Shown: positions 18,085-27,116 of the stretch, piece after piece
How positions within the stretch are numbered: the stretch's first letter is position 1
Layout: the number at the start of each line of letters is the position of its first letter
Assembly (NCBI GenBank): GCA_037917625.1
Contig: JAVCBY010000104.1
Span: 1-27,118 of the forward strand
Length of the DNA: 27,118 bases
Source of the DNA: Thermoproteota archaeon
GTDB taxonomy: Archaea; Korarchaeota; Korarchaeia; Korarchaeales; Korarchaeaceae
Reading direction: 5' to 3'
The notes under the pieces: model-generated
Told to the model about the DNA's origin: nothing
The model's database searches: none
What the model saw: the letters and a program-made list of their open reading frames with translations, nothing else
Made by a program: the position numbers and the translations under genes

Positions 18085-18522
18085 ATGCATGAATGGTCCC
18101 TAGCTGAAGCTATATTAGAGGCTTTGACCTCTTTAATGGAACAAGAGGGTGCAAAAAGCATTTCTGAAGTTGAGATTCTTTATGGTGAGATGATGGAACT
18201 TGAGCTCGATATCCTGAGGTTCGCCCTGGAGGAGTTGTCTAAGGAAACCCCGATGAAGGATACGAAATTCATATTTTCAGAGGAGAAAGCCTCCTTCAGG
18301 TGTAACTCCTGCGGATATAAGTGGAATTTCGAACAAGCCCATTCCCTATTGAGTGGAGAACTCGGTATAAGGGAGGATCCTACTGGAGAGAGGGAGAGCC
18401 CGATACACTTCATTCCAGAGCTCGCCCAAGCTCTCATGAGGTGCCCCAATTGCGGCAGTAGGGACTTCGAGATCGAAAGCGGGAAAGGGATAAGGATATC
18501 TAGGATCTTAATTGAGAGGTGA
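18085..18522 (+). CDS. hypA: Hydrogenase nickel chaperone HypA (long-insert archaeal type)
   Basis: MHEWS N-terminus fixes the start at 18085. CNSC and CPNC are separated by a long insert containing IHF. Confidence 0.95.
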   Translation: MHEWSLAEAILEALTSLMEQEGAKSISEVEILYGEMMELELDILRFALEELSKETPMKDTKFIFSEEKASFRCNSCGYKWNFEQAHSLLSGELGIREDPTGERESPIHFIPELAQALMRCPNCGSRDFEIESGKGIRISRILIER

Positions 18523-19289
18523 GCTTAATGGACCCTCTATTCGAAAGGGCGAGGGGTAAGATCAGGAAAATCAGTAAGGTGACCTTAGTCGCCTCCGGAA
18601 AGGGAGGGGTGGGTAAAAGCATAATATCATCATCCATAGCGCTTATTTCAGCTAAAAGGGGTCTCAAAACTGGGTTACTCGATTTAGATGTGCATGGCCC
18701 CTCCATCCCGAGGATCTTCAGTTTTAACGGTGAAATCGTGGCTGGGAGGGAGGGCCTCATACCTCCTATCGTAAATGGAGTCAAGATAATGTCTCTTGGT
18801 TTCATGATAGGTGAAAATCCTTTACCTTTGAAGGGGGAGGATAAGAGATCTGCTCTATCATTGCTCTTAGCCATAACGGATTGGGGGGAGCTCGATCATC
18901 TAGTGATAGACATGCCCCCAGGAACTGGTGATGAAACGATCTTCTGTATTAGAGCCCTTAAATCCGCAAAAGCGAGTGCTCTGATAGTTACGACACCATC
19001 CTCGCTATCCCTCTCAGTCGTAGCGAGATTAATAGATCTACTGCGAGGGGAAGGAATGAGGGTTTTAGGGCTCGTCGAGAACCTAGCATATTTCAGATGC
19101 GGTAATGAATTGATCAGACCATTCGGTAGTATAGATGGGGATTTCCTCGGTAAATACGGCCTGAAGATCCTGGAGAGCTTACCAATAGATCCCCTGATTG
19201 AGGAAGAGATAAAGAGCGGGAAGTTTCTCGAATCCCCCGGGGAATTCAGATCGAGGGTAGAATCGCTGTTCGATAAGATCATTGGGTGA
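18519..19289 (+). CDS. hypB: Mrp/MinD-family ATPase, probable ATP-type HypB
   Basis: SGKGGVGKS, DLDVHGPS, DMPPGTGD, ENL. No CPxC motif. Coupled between hypA and hypC. RBS spacing favours ATG 18528. Confidence 0.8.
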   Translation: MSLMDPLFERARGKIRKISKVTLVASGKGGVGKSIISSSIALISAKRGLKTGLLDLDVHGPSIPRIFSFNGEIVAGREGLIPPIVNGVKIMSLGFMIGENPLPLKGEDKRSALSLLLAITDWGELDHLVIDMPPGTGDETIFCIRALKSAKASALIVTTPSSLSLSVVARLIDLLRGEGMRVLGLVENLAYFRCGNELIRPFGSIDGDFLGKYGLKILESLPIDPLIEEEIKSGKFLESPGEFRSRVESLFDKIIG

Positions 19290-19294
19290 TGCCC

Positions 19295-19507
19295 ATGTGC
19301 CTAGGCATACCGGGTAAAGTCTTGGAAGTGAGGGGGAATATAGCTGTAGTTGATTTCGGTGGGGTCACTAGAGAGGTCGATGCTAGCCTAGAGGATGTAG
19401 CTCCAGGAGACTACGTATTAGTTCACGTTGGCATGATAATAGCTAAGATAGATGAGGAGGAAGCGATGGAAATATCTAAACTTTTGAGTGAGATATTGAG
19501 CTATTAG
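19295..19507 (+). CDS. hypC: Hydrogenase chaperone HypC
   Basis: MCLGIPG N-terminus (start 19295), GDYVLVHVG. Confidence 0.96.
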   Translation: MCLGIPGKVLEVRGNIAVVDFGGVTREVDASLEDVAPGDYVLVHVGMIIAKIDEEEAMEISKLLSEILSY

Positions 19508-19515
19508 GTGATCCT

Positions 19516-20550
19516 ATGGAGGGATCTATAAAACTATCGCACGGATCTGGAGGTAAAGAGACTAGCCTGATCCTGAAATCTCTCATATTATCAGCTCTCT
19601 CTGACGAGGAGCTGTCATTGAAGGGAGGCGTTGGCCTCAAGGAGCTAGATGACGGTGCGGCTATCCCCTTGCCCGATGGGACTTACTTAGTGGTCTCAAT
19701 AGATGCTTATACAGTAAATCCACCTTTCTTTCCTGGAGGTGATTTGGGCAAGTTAGCTGCCTGCGGGACGATAAACGATATTCTTATGATGGGAGGGGAA
19801 CCGAAGGCCATCCTAGATTCGATAGTGGTTGAGGAAGGTTCTCCTATCTCAGATGTGAGGAGGATAGTGGATAGCTTCATCGGAGTCCTCAGGGAGGAGG
19901 GTGTGAAGCTATTAGGCGGGGATTTCAAGGTCATGCCGAGGGGACAACTGGATAGATACGTTATAACGACAGCTGGCATGGGGATAGCGAAGAGGCCCAT
20001 AGTGGACTCCAGCATAAGGCCGGGAGATAAGATAATAGTTACTGGAACTATAGGGGAGCATGGGGCGGCTATACTCTCCGCTCAGGAGGGTATAGCAGTA
20101 GAGGGGAAGCTTGAGAGTGATGTGAGTACTTTGAGCAAGCTCATGCTACCTCTATTAGAGGCTTATGGCGATAAAGTTCATGCTGCTCAGGATCCTACTA
20201 GGGGAGGCCTCGCTCAAACGCTGAATGAGTGGGCTCAGAAGTCCGGGCTCCTCATACTAGTGGAGGAGAGGAAAATCCCCTTGAGGGATGATGTTAGAGC
20301 GTTCACTGAGCTCTTAGGCATAGATCCTCTAGCTCTAGCTTGCGAGGGTAGAGCTGTCCTAGGAGTTGATGGAAATTCCGCTGAGGACATATTAAGTTTT
20401 ATTAAGGAGTTAGGTTATGAGGAAGCTTCTATAATAGGTGAAGTGAGAGAAAGCGAAAGATATAGCGGAATAGTCGTTATTAGGACATCTGTAGGTGGTC
20501 TGAGGATATTGGAATCCCCTTCTGGTGTCATAGTCCCCAGGATATGCTAA
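19516..20550 (+). CDS. hypE: Carbamoyl dehydratase HypE
   Basis: HGSGG, FFPGGDLG, DPTRGG, C-terminal PRIC. GGTG-N5-ATG. Confidence 0.97.
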   Translation: MEGSIKLSHGSGGKETSLILKSLILSALSDEELSLKGGVGLKELDDGAAIPLPDGTYLVVSIDAYTVNPPFFPGGDLGKLAACGTINDILMMGGEPKAILDSIVVEEGSPISDVRRIVDSFIGVLREEGVKLLGGDFKVMPRGQLDRYVITTAGMGIAKRPIVDSSIRPGDKIIVTGTIGEHGAAILSAQEGIAVEGKLESDVSTLSKLMLPLLEAYGDKVHAAQDPTRGGLAQTLNEWAQKSGLLILVEERKIPLRDDVRAFTELLGIDPLALACEGRAVLGVDGNSAEDILSFIKELGYEEASIIGEVRESERYSGIVVIRTSVGGLRILESPSGVIVPRIC

Positions 20551-20595
20551 GTCCTACTTGAGAAAGTTTATTAGTTAATCGCAGGGGCTACTCGG

Positions 20596-21381
20596 ATGGA
20601 TATAGAAAAAGTAAGGGAAAGTGCATACAGGATTATAGAGGAGAATCCAGAGATCTCAGATTCTATCCTCCTCTTCCTTGATATATTGACTGCTCAGTCG
20701 GAGATGATGGATGAGATTATCGGGAGGTTGGATCCGAAGGAATTAATTGTTGAAAGATATCCTCTCTTCGATGTGATAGGCATTCCTAAGGTGGAGCCTG
20801 AGCTCTGGAGGAGATTCATGGATGAGATAATATCGAGAGTCTCATCGCGTAGAGAGGATCTTAAGGAGGAATTGGATGCCGTTAGAGGATCTCTTCATGA
20901 GAACTTATTCGATCCAGAGGCTCTGGCCGTTCTTTCTTTTAAAGGAGATGTGAATTATGCGAGAGGAGTTTCCATGAGCATTGGAGTGAGCGAGGACCTC
21001 CTCAGTGCTTTAGGAATTTGGACGATACAACCTATCTTCATGGCGATGAAGGAGCTCTCTGAGGGAATCGAAGGATGGGATGGGGGATTCTGCCCCATAT
21101 GCGGGAGCTACACTAGGACATCTTTCATGAGGGAAGATAAGATCTTCATGAAGTGCGAGATTTGCGGAATGGAGTGGGGGTACTCTGGTAACAAGTGCCC
21201 CTTCTGCGGCTCACGGAAAATCGAGTCCCTCGAGCTGAGGGGAGGGACTTTCCATATCATGAAGTGCGATGAGTGCGGAGCTCGTTGGAATTTGATAAAT
21301 GATGAACTCCTCAGGGATACTTCGAGGGAGATCTATCCAATACTAACTCTAACACTAGAAAATATGTTGGAGGAAATCTGA
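20596..21381 (+). CDS. fdhE: FdhE-like accessory/maturation protein
   Basis: Helical N-terminal region, then WDGGFCPICG, CEICGMEW, CPFCG, CDEC (four CxxC motifs). Confidence 0.8.
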   Translation: MDIEKVRESAYRIIEENPEISDSILLFLDILTAQSEMMDEIIGRLDPKELIVERYPLFDVIGIPKVEPELWRRFMDEIISRVSSRREDLKEELDAVRGSLHENLFDPEALAVLSFKGDVNYARGVSMSIGVSEDLLSALGIWTIQPIFMAMKELSEGIEGWDGGFCPICGSYTRTSFMREDKIFMKCEICGMEWGYSGNKCPFCGSRKIESLELRGGTFHIMKCDECGARWNLINDELLRDTSREIYPILTLTLENMLEEI

Positions 21382-21495
21382 GAGGAGTTCGAAAAATCTT
21401 TACAGTCTTTGTGCATTAATGCCCCGTTCCCGAAGCTTCGCTTTGAATCCTCAGGGGTCTCGCTTAGATCAAGTACAGGAATTTAGCATTTAAAA

Positions 21496-22017
21496 TTAAC
21501 GCAGTTCTACTCTCTTTAGGAAGCTATCGACATCCATGCTCACGTTCATTTTTTTATCTCGCAATACCTGGATTATTAAATCGAGCACCTTAGGGAAAGC
21601 CATCTTCACCTCCGGGCTCAGCCCCTCCCTTAGATCGATCGATTTAGGAACTATACCGATTATGTAAGTCTCTGGCAATTTTCCCATCGCGACAGCTGCG
21701 GCTATTATCACCTCCGTGGTGACTCCATGGCTCCCGACGCTAATTAAATGCTTTAACAGGGTTTCCCTATCCACACTAGACTTATCGACTCTGTAAACTT
21801 TCACGTCCCCCGGCTTCCCCTCCTCAGGCGTGAGGGAATCTATCACGAATAATATATTGGAATCCTCGATCTCTCCTAAGAGCTCTATTCCACCGATCCC
21901 TCCATCCACTACCCTCATCCACTCAGGAATACTTATAGAGGAGAGAGCTTCCGCGAAGTAAGAACCGGCGCCATCATCCCCTAAGAGCCTGTTCCCAACT
22001 CCTAAAATGAGTACCCT
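21496..22017 (-). CDS. Hydrogenase maturation endopeptidase (HyaD/HoxM family); start codon unresolved
   Basis: The frame continues upstream of the ORF-track start (21918) through RVLILGVGNRLLGDDGAG. VIDS, SHG, IGIVP and GLSPEV are present. No in-frame ATG/GTG/TTG before the upstream TGA at 22054-22056. Confidence 0.85.
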   Translation of the reverse strand, partial: RVLILGVGNRLLGDDGAGSYFAEALSSISIPEWMRVVDGGIGGIELLGEIEDSNILFVIDSLTPEEGKPGDVKVYRVDKSSVDRETLLKHLISVGSHGVTTEVIIAAAVAMGKLPETYIIGIVPKSIDLREGLSPEVKMAFPKVLDLIIQVLRDKKMNVSMDVDSFLKRVELR

Positions 22018-22676
22018 AGCTCTACCATGAGATCCCTCAAGATCCTCAGGAATTCAGCCTCCCCCCCAGCATGAGGAGAAGCGTTGACCACGTATATCCC
22101 CTCGCTCTTAGATAAGGAAGCTATTACATCGGTCAGCGTATTGATGTCATTAACTCCCAGGAGTGATAGAGATATAGATTCCTTCAATCTCTCGACATCT
22201 CCCTTGACTTCTAATTTCTTCACTGAAGGAGCCTCTTCTGTTTGTGAAATTATTATGATGAAGTCTGGATCATACTCTACTATTTCCGTTATAGAGGCTA
22301 AGGGATAGTAAGTTGTGTCGAATAATTCCACGGTACCGCCCCTGACTCCGCTTATCAGCTCCCTTATGCCCTCGAGAACACTCTCAGAAGATTGAGGGGA
22401 GCCCGCTATAACGATAGCGCACCTCTTCCCTCCCATCCTCACGTACCTTCCGGGCTTCACTAATGCGCTTCTAATCGCTTCAATGGGGTCCTCTCCTCCC
22501 AAAGATACAGCTAACTCCCTCTTAATTTCATTAATATCCTTATTACTCGCGGGAAAAGAGTATATTAATCTCTCGAGCTCAATAGCGGATATTATTGAAT
22601 CCTTTATTTCACGCTCTATTTCACTCAGCCCACCGTAGAGAGCCCCGAGGAGCCTAGCTATCCTCTTCAGCGACAT
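22002..22676 (-). CDS. Hypothetical protein in hydrogenase operon; C-terminal half possibly a degenerate maturation-protease fold
   Basis: Co-oriented between isp2 and the protease. AIVIAG...VELFDTTYYP...DPDFIIII follows the HycI/HyaD strand order without GN/DD/D/H residues. Start at ATG 22676 or TTG 22706. Confidence 0.6.
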   Translation of the reverse strand: MSLKRIARLLGALYGGLSEIEREIKDSIISAIELERLIYSFPASNKDINEIKRELAVSLGGEDPIEAIRSALVKPGRYVRMGGKRCAIVIAGSPQSSESVLEGIRELISGVRGGTVELFDTTYYPLASITEIVEYDPDFIIIISQTEEAPSVKKLEVKGDVERLKESISLSLLGVNDINTLTDVIASLSKSEGIYVVNASPHAGGEAEFLRILRDLMVELGYSF

Positions 22677-22695
22677 CTTAAAAATAAAAGAAGAT

Positions 22696-24018
22696 TCATA
22701 CCTCAATCTTATCGACTAAATAATGCGATATATGAACAGCTCTAAAGGCTCCTCCTGTGAGTTCTGACCCCTTATTCAAACTGAAGATACAAGTTGGACA
22801 TCCGGTGACGACGACTTCAGCCCCGCTTTGAATTACCTCTTTGGACTTTTCCCTCATGACCATCTCATAATCCTTCATGAGGTCCCTCACGAAGTCAGCT
22901 TCCCATCCATCGACCTCCGTCAAGCCGAGCAATCTTTTGAGCTCCTTCAGATCCTCGCTCAAGAGCGCTATACCGGATCCACCTCCACAACAACGGCTGA
23001 AAACCCCTTGACTCTTAGGCAACTCCCTATATCCCTTAGAGGAGGCCTTGAGGATTTCCCTGGGTTCTCTCTTGACACCACTATTCCTCAATTTACATGG
23101 ATCGTGCCATGCCACCTTAACTTCTCCAGCTCCTATCCTGAACTTCCTAGCCCTATAGAGGTCATAGAGATACTCAGCTACGTGCACAATCTCATAATTC
23201 ACTTTCTCCCCGATTAAGGATGGCATATGAAATCTCATCTCCTCGTAACTAGTTCCTCCATGCGATAAAAGCACTTTCCTAGCCCCGATCCCCTTAACGT
23301 AAGAGTGAACTCTCTCTAACGTCTTCCTCTCTGATTCCCTATCACCTATGTGAGACCCTATACTGAATTCAAAGCCTAGAGGCTTCGATGGAAACGTCCA
23401 ATCGATGCCAAGAGCATCTAGAATCCTTGATGTGGAGATTATGGTTTCCGGAGTCAGTATAGCCTCTAGAACTGTCGGTAAGTACAGGACCTCAGCCCCC
23501 TCCTTATCTAAAGGTAACTCCTTACCGATCCCCCCTCTCACTTTCTCGATTATAGAATTCCATAGATCCATTATAACTCCTGATTCGGAGATATCTCCAC
23601 TTTCAGTATCGTTTAAGCGTTTCAGGATCGTGGGGGCCCTTCCTAGAGTGCTCAAGAATCTCCTGAGTATCTTTATCAACTCCCCACTGTAGATACCGAA
23701 TGGACATGTGTTTAAACAATTACCACAATTGACACATCTGTAAGCCATGTAAGTCATCCTCTTAAGGTCATCCTCATTTTTAGGATATCCTGCGTTCACT
23801 ATAGATCCTAGGACATAGCCTACTGCCGTTACCCTCTTTCTCCATAACTTCCTGAGTTCCTCAGCTTTGTTCACAGGCTCATATTCGGGTCCAGCTACGA
23901 TGTATGGGCAGTGAGGCGTGCAGAGGCCGCATGACACACAGGACTCGAAGTAATGTAATGTAACGGGATTTAATTCCGAGAGAGTTTCATTAACAGCGGA
24001 ATTGAGTTCCTCATTCAT
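22696..24018 (-). CDS. isp2: Isp2/DsrK/HdrD-like Fe-S protein with CCG domain
   Basis: Two CxxCxxCxxxCP motifs and a C-terminal HDPC...CCGGG...CPTC. ATG 24018 overlaps the isp1 stop (ATGA). Confidence 0.85.
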   Translation of the reverse strand: MNEELNSAVNETLSELNPVTLHYFESCVSCGLCTPHCPYIVAGPEYEPVNKAEELRKLWRKRVTAVGYVLGSIVNAGYPKNEDDLKRMTYMAYRCVNCGNCLNTCPFGIYSGELIKILRRFLSTLGRAPTILKRLNDTESGDISESGVIMDLWNSIIEKVRGGIGKELPLDKEGAEVLYLPTVLEAILTPETIISTSRILDALGIDWTFPSKPLGFEFSIGSHIGDRESERKTLERVHSYVKGIGARKVLLSHGGTSYEEMRFHMPSLIGEKVNYEIVHVAEYLYDLYRARKFRIGAGEVKVAWHDPCKLRNSGVKREPREILKASSKGYRELPKSQGVFSRCCGGGSGIALLSEDLKELKRLLGLTEVDGWEADFVRDLMKDYEMVMREKSKEVIQSGAEVVVTGCPTCIFSLNKGSELTGGAFRAVHISHYLVDKIEV

Positions 24019-24803
24019 AGTCCTCTCCTCCACATCTCATAGGCCTCATGAAGCTTCCCGTACCAGTAACTGAAGACGAAGTGGAAGAACTTCGTGAATG
24101 GCAATATCATGACTAATACTTCGCTCGCGAGTATATGAACGCCTAAGACAGTCTTGTAGGTATCGATATCACCGGAGGGTAGGTGGTGCGTAGCCATGTA
24201 TCCGCTCACTAAGATCACTAGGAGGAGGATGAGAGCAGTGAAATCCCCTATTCTTATCCTGGAGAGATCCTCCTTGAATTTCTTTGGGAACCTCTCGAGG
24301 AGTTTGAATGATGCACCTATTATAGCTATTATCGTTAGCACATCGCCGTTCAATACTACTGTCAGGGGTCCCCAGATCGTGTTCACGAAACTCTGAGGCA
24401 TAGTGCTGGTGGGCGTCACTGGGGATGTCACCGTGAGAGCTGAGCTAGTAGCACTTGTAGGTATAGCTAGGGGTTGGAGTATGGAGTAAGGTGGGAAGTA
24501 GTAAGACCACCATGCTATGTGATGTGAGAGGAGGAAGAGCAGCGGGATGACCCCTAGGAGATGGAGGAGGAATATTCCCGTGACGAATGTGATCTTAGTC
24601 CTCTTAATAGATGCCCATATGGGGAATATGAATGCTTTTACTAGGGCTAGAACTTTATGCAACAATGAAGTCTTCCTCCAGATGGGTTGAGGGGTCCTCT
24701 TGAAGAGGAAGAGATATCTAGATAATCTGTAAGTCACCCCTAGTACGAAAATGAATATTGTTGGTAGCATCATATCATACACTGAGAACTCATAGATCCC
24801 CAT
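24015..24803 (-). CDS. isp1: Isp1/DsrM/NarI-like membrane cytochrome b
   Basis: About five TM helices. His pairs LLHLLG...LSHH and GVHIL...PFTKFFHF (NarI-family PFxKxxH). Start at 24803 or 24818. Confidence 0.85.
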   Translation of the reverse strand: MGIYEFSVYDMMLPTIFIFVLGVTYRLSRYLFLFKRTPQPIWRKTSLLHKVLALVKAFIFPIWASIKRTKITFVTGIFLLHLLGVIPLLFLLSHHIAWWSYYFPPYSILQPLAIPTSATSSALTVTSPVTPTSTMPQSFVNTIWGPLTVVLNGDVLTIIAIIGASFKLLERFPKKFKEDLSRIRIGDFTALILLLVILVSGYMATHHLPSGDIDTYKTVLGVHILASEVLVMILPFTKFFHFVFSYWYGKLHEAYEMWRRGL

Positions 24804-24814
24804 CCCGATCCCCC

Positions 24815-26584
24815 TCAAATAGTCGCTAATGGTGTGAAGAGCTTCTCAATTCTCCTGTTGCCTACGAACATATGCACAGCGCATGCGATACATGGATCGA
24901 AGCTCCTTATCGCTCTCACTATATCGAGACCGCTCCACTGATCGGGCGGAAGCTCTTCAGTTATCTCCACTCCCAGGACTGATGCCTCATAGGGCCCTCT
25001 GTATCCCCATCTATCCTTCGGGGATAGATTTGGAGTGGTAGGCGCATGTATTTGGTAGTTCTTTATCTTATAATTCTCTACGACCATCCAATGCCTCACA
25101 GCCCCTCTCGGTGCTTCATCGAACCCGAATCCCACGGAGAATGTCGGTTTCTTCCAAGGCCTGGAGGTCTCCAAGCTACCGGATTTCGCATACTCTAAAG
25201 CAGCTAGCAAGTTGTTCCAAGCGGCTTCCACGTTAAGTGCGAAATTGAACGCCCTAGCTCTCATCCTCTCTATAGTCGTCGATGCCCTCACCTTAGGTAT
25301 GTTCCATTCCAAGGTCATCTTATCCCAAGTACCTTGAGGCATCTCGAGGACCATGTTCGTCCGAGGTAATTCTATCCTCACCTTACCCCCATTTTGCATA
25401 GCGTGAGCCCACATCCTAGCTATCGGTCCCGCTTCTATCGGGTAAATCTTGCCCTTCCAAACGAACCTCACTATCGCGCCCCAGCTGTACTTAGAACGCC
25501 AATCTTGAGCTTGCGGATGAGGAATCGTTGTCTTATTCCAGGGATGGTATTTCATCAATTCAGATATCCCCCAAACTACTGGATTACCTGCTGGGTCTTT
25601 ATCTACGATTAAGCCATCCCACTCACCGTAGAAAGATGTATCCACGAGCTCTATTGTCCCTATATTCATATCAGTCAACTTGTCTGTGACTAGCTCTCCA
25701 TCCAGTATCAAACCGGGCTTCATGTACCTCTTCCTACCTGCCTCATCTATGTTCTTGTATATCTCCTCGAAGCTCTCGCCCAACGAGGAGTAAGCCTCCG
25801 GATCCTCATGGGTACCGACGCTGATCAAATTAGGTTTCTCATAAGTTATTCCCTGCCTTTCATAGCCTATAGAGTTGTAGAAGTTCGCGAGATCCTCCCA
25901 TATCGTAGCTATGAACTTCGCCCAGGCTGTCAATTTCGTGAGCCTGTAGGAGTACTCTATGAGCGTTTCTTCCGTGACTGTCGCACCTATTCCTCCGGGG
26001 ATGAGTGTCCTGGGATGAGGGTGACTTCCATAAAATAGTACTCCCATTTGCCTAGCGATCTTCTGCATCTGTAATGCTAAGATGTATATCTTACCTTGGA
26101 GAGGGTTGAGGGCATCCATTATATCTCCGATACTTGAGAACCCGTGTACATCTGAGTGCTCCGCCTTAGTCCTCTTCGCCTCATTATATATGGAGGGAGT
26201 CAGTTTTGATACAATTAAGCCGCTGTAATCTGGACCGGCTAATATGCTCAGGTGAGTGGGATTATCGTATATGTGATCGAGGGCCGCCCAAGCGAGGTTC
26301 CTAATGAGAACTCCGAAAGGCTTGGGGACAGCACCAAGCGCCATATCATTGGCTTTCACAGATGCATTTGCGTGAGATGCTGCACAAACACCACATACCC
26401 TGCTGGTTAAGTGCACTGCATCTGGAGGCTCCCTCCCTCTGAGGAATATCTCGAATCCCCTGAACATAGCACCGAAGCTCCAAGCTTCCTTGATCTTCTT
26501 CGTGCTCTCATCCACGATGGCTTTTACCCCCAAATGGCCCTCTATTCTAGTGATAGGATCTATGAAGAGTTCCCTTTCGAGCAT
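24815..26584 (-). CDS. hynL: Group 1 [NiFe]-hydrogenase large subunit
   Basis: IDPITRIEGH, L1 SRVCGVC, EAPRG, L2 DPCIACAVH plus an 18-aa cleavable C-terminal extension. GGAGGTG-N5-ATG. Confidence 0.96.
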   Translation of the reverse strand: MLERELFIDPITRIEGHLGVKAIVDESTKKIKEAWSFGAMFRGFEIFLRGREPPDAVHLTSRVCGVCAASHANASVKANDMALGAVPKPFGVLIRNLAWAALDHIYDNPTHLSILAGPDYSGLIVSKLTPSIYNEAKRTKAEHSDVHGFSSIGDIMDALNPLQGKIYILALQMQKIARQMGVLFYGSHPHPRTLIPGGIGATVTEETLIEYSYRLTKLTAWAKFIATIWEDLANFYNSIGYERQGITYEKPNLISVGTHEDPEAYSSLGESFEEIYKNIDEAGRKRYMKPGLILDGELVTDKLTDMNIGTIELVDTSFYGEWDGLIVDKDPAGNPVVWGISELMKYHPWNKTTIPHPQAQDWRSKYSWGAIVRFVWKGKIYPIEAGPIARMWAHAMQNGGKVRIELPRTNMVLEMPQGTWDKMTLEWNIPKVRASTTIERMRARAFNFALNVEAAWNNLLAALEYAKSGSLETSRPWKKPTFSVGFGFDEAPRGAVRHWMVVENYKIKNYQIHAPTTPNLSPKDRWGYRGPYEASVLGVEITEELPPDQWSGLDIVRAIRSFDPCIACAVHMFVGNRRIEKLFTPLATI

Positions 26585-26595
26585 AATGTCACCTC

Positions 26596-27066
26596 CTACT
26601 CCTTCTTCCTCTTAGTCGATTCACTCACAGCGTAACCTGCTGCAAGTCCAGCGACAGCGGCGCCAGCTACAGTAGCTGCTAAGGTCGTTAGATCGGGGAG
26701 CGCTGGAGCTTGGAGAGGCTTGTAGAAGGGCTCGAATTTATCAGGGAAACCTGGCATTGTGCATCCAGTACAGACACCTCCTGTCCTAGTAGGCCCTCCT
26801 ATTCCCTCTATCCATCCGACTTTATTCCAGGGGCAGTTACTCACTGGTCCCTTACAACCAACCTGGAATAAGCATTTGGGATCATTATCTCCTGGATTCG
26901 CTCTGAAGTCTCCTGCTGCATAGAAGCCAGCTCTAGGGCATTGCTCATGCACAGTATTCCCATATATGTAGAGAGGCCTCCAATAGGAATCTAACTTCGG
27001 GAGCGGGAGTATACCGTCAGCAGCGAGTATTAAGTGCCCTAACACCCTAAGTATAGCATTACCATT
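26596..27066 (-). CDS. hynS: Group 1 [NiFe]-hydrogenase small subunit, C-terminal part only
   Basis: Distal cluster HEQC...C...GCKGP; medial cluster NCP...P...CTGC (Pro suggests [3Fe-4S]); GFPD; C-terminal TM anchor with basic tail. The N-terminal part is missing and replaced by inverted hynL sequence. Confidence 0.92.
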   Translation of the reverse strand, partial: NGNAILRVLGHLILAADGILPLPKLDSYWRPLYIYGNTVHEQCPRAGFYAAGDFRANPGDNDPKCLFQVGCKGPVSNCPWNKVGWIEGIGGPTRTGGVCTGCTMPGFPDKFEPFYKPLQAPALPDLTTLAATVAGAAVAGLAAGYAVSESTKRKKE

Positions 27067-27116
27067 ATCCGGAGGCTTACTCCTCGTTGGGCGAGAGCTT
27101 CGAGGAGATATACAAG
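27067..27116. repeat. Exact 50-bp inverted copy of 25754-25803 (internal hynL); probable chimeric contig end
   Basis: ATCCGGAGGCTTACTCCTCGTTGGGCGAGAGCTTCGAGGAGATATACAAG is the reverse complement of 25754-25803. Confidence 0.92.

Noticed and set aside
22061..22067. G7 homopolymer as a phase-variation or frameshift site explaining the protease start
   Set aside because: A shift into the protease frame here meets TGA at 22054-22056 almost at once, so it cannot produce the protease.
24860..24900. Selenocysteine ([NiFeSe]) hydrogenase
   Set aside because: The L2 motif is DPCIAC with ordinary Cys codons and no in-frame TGA.
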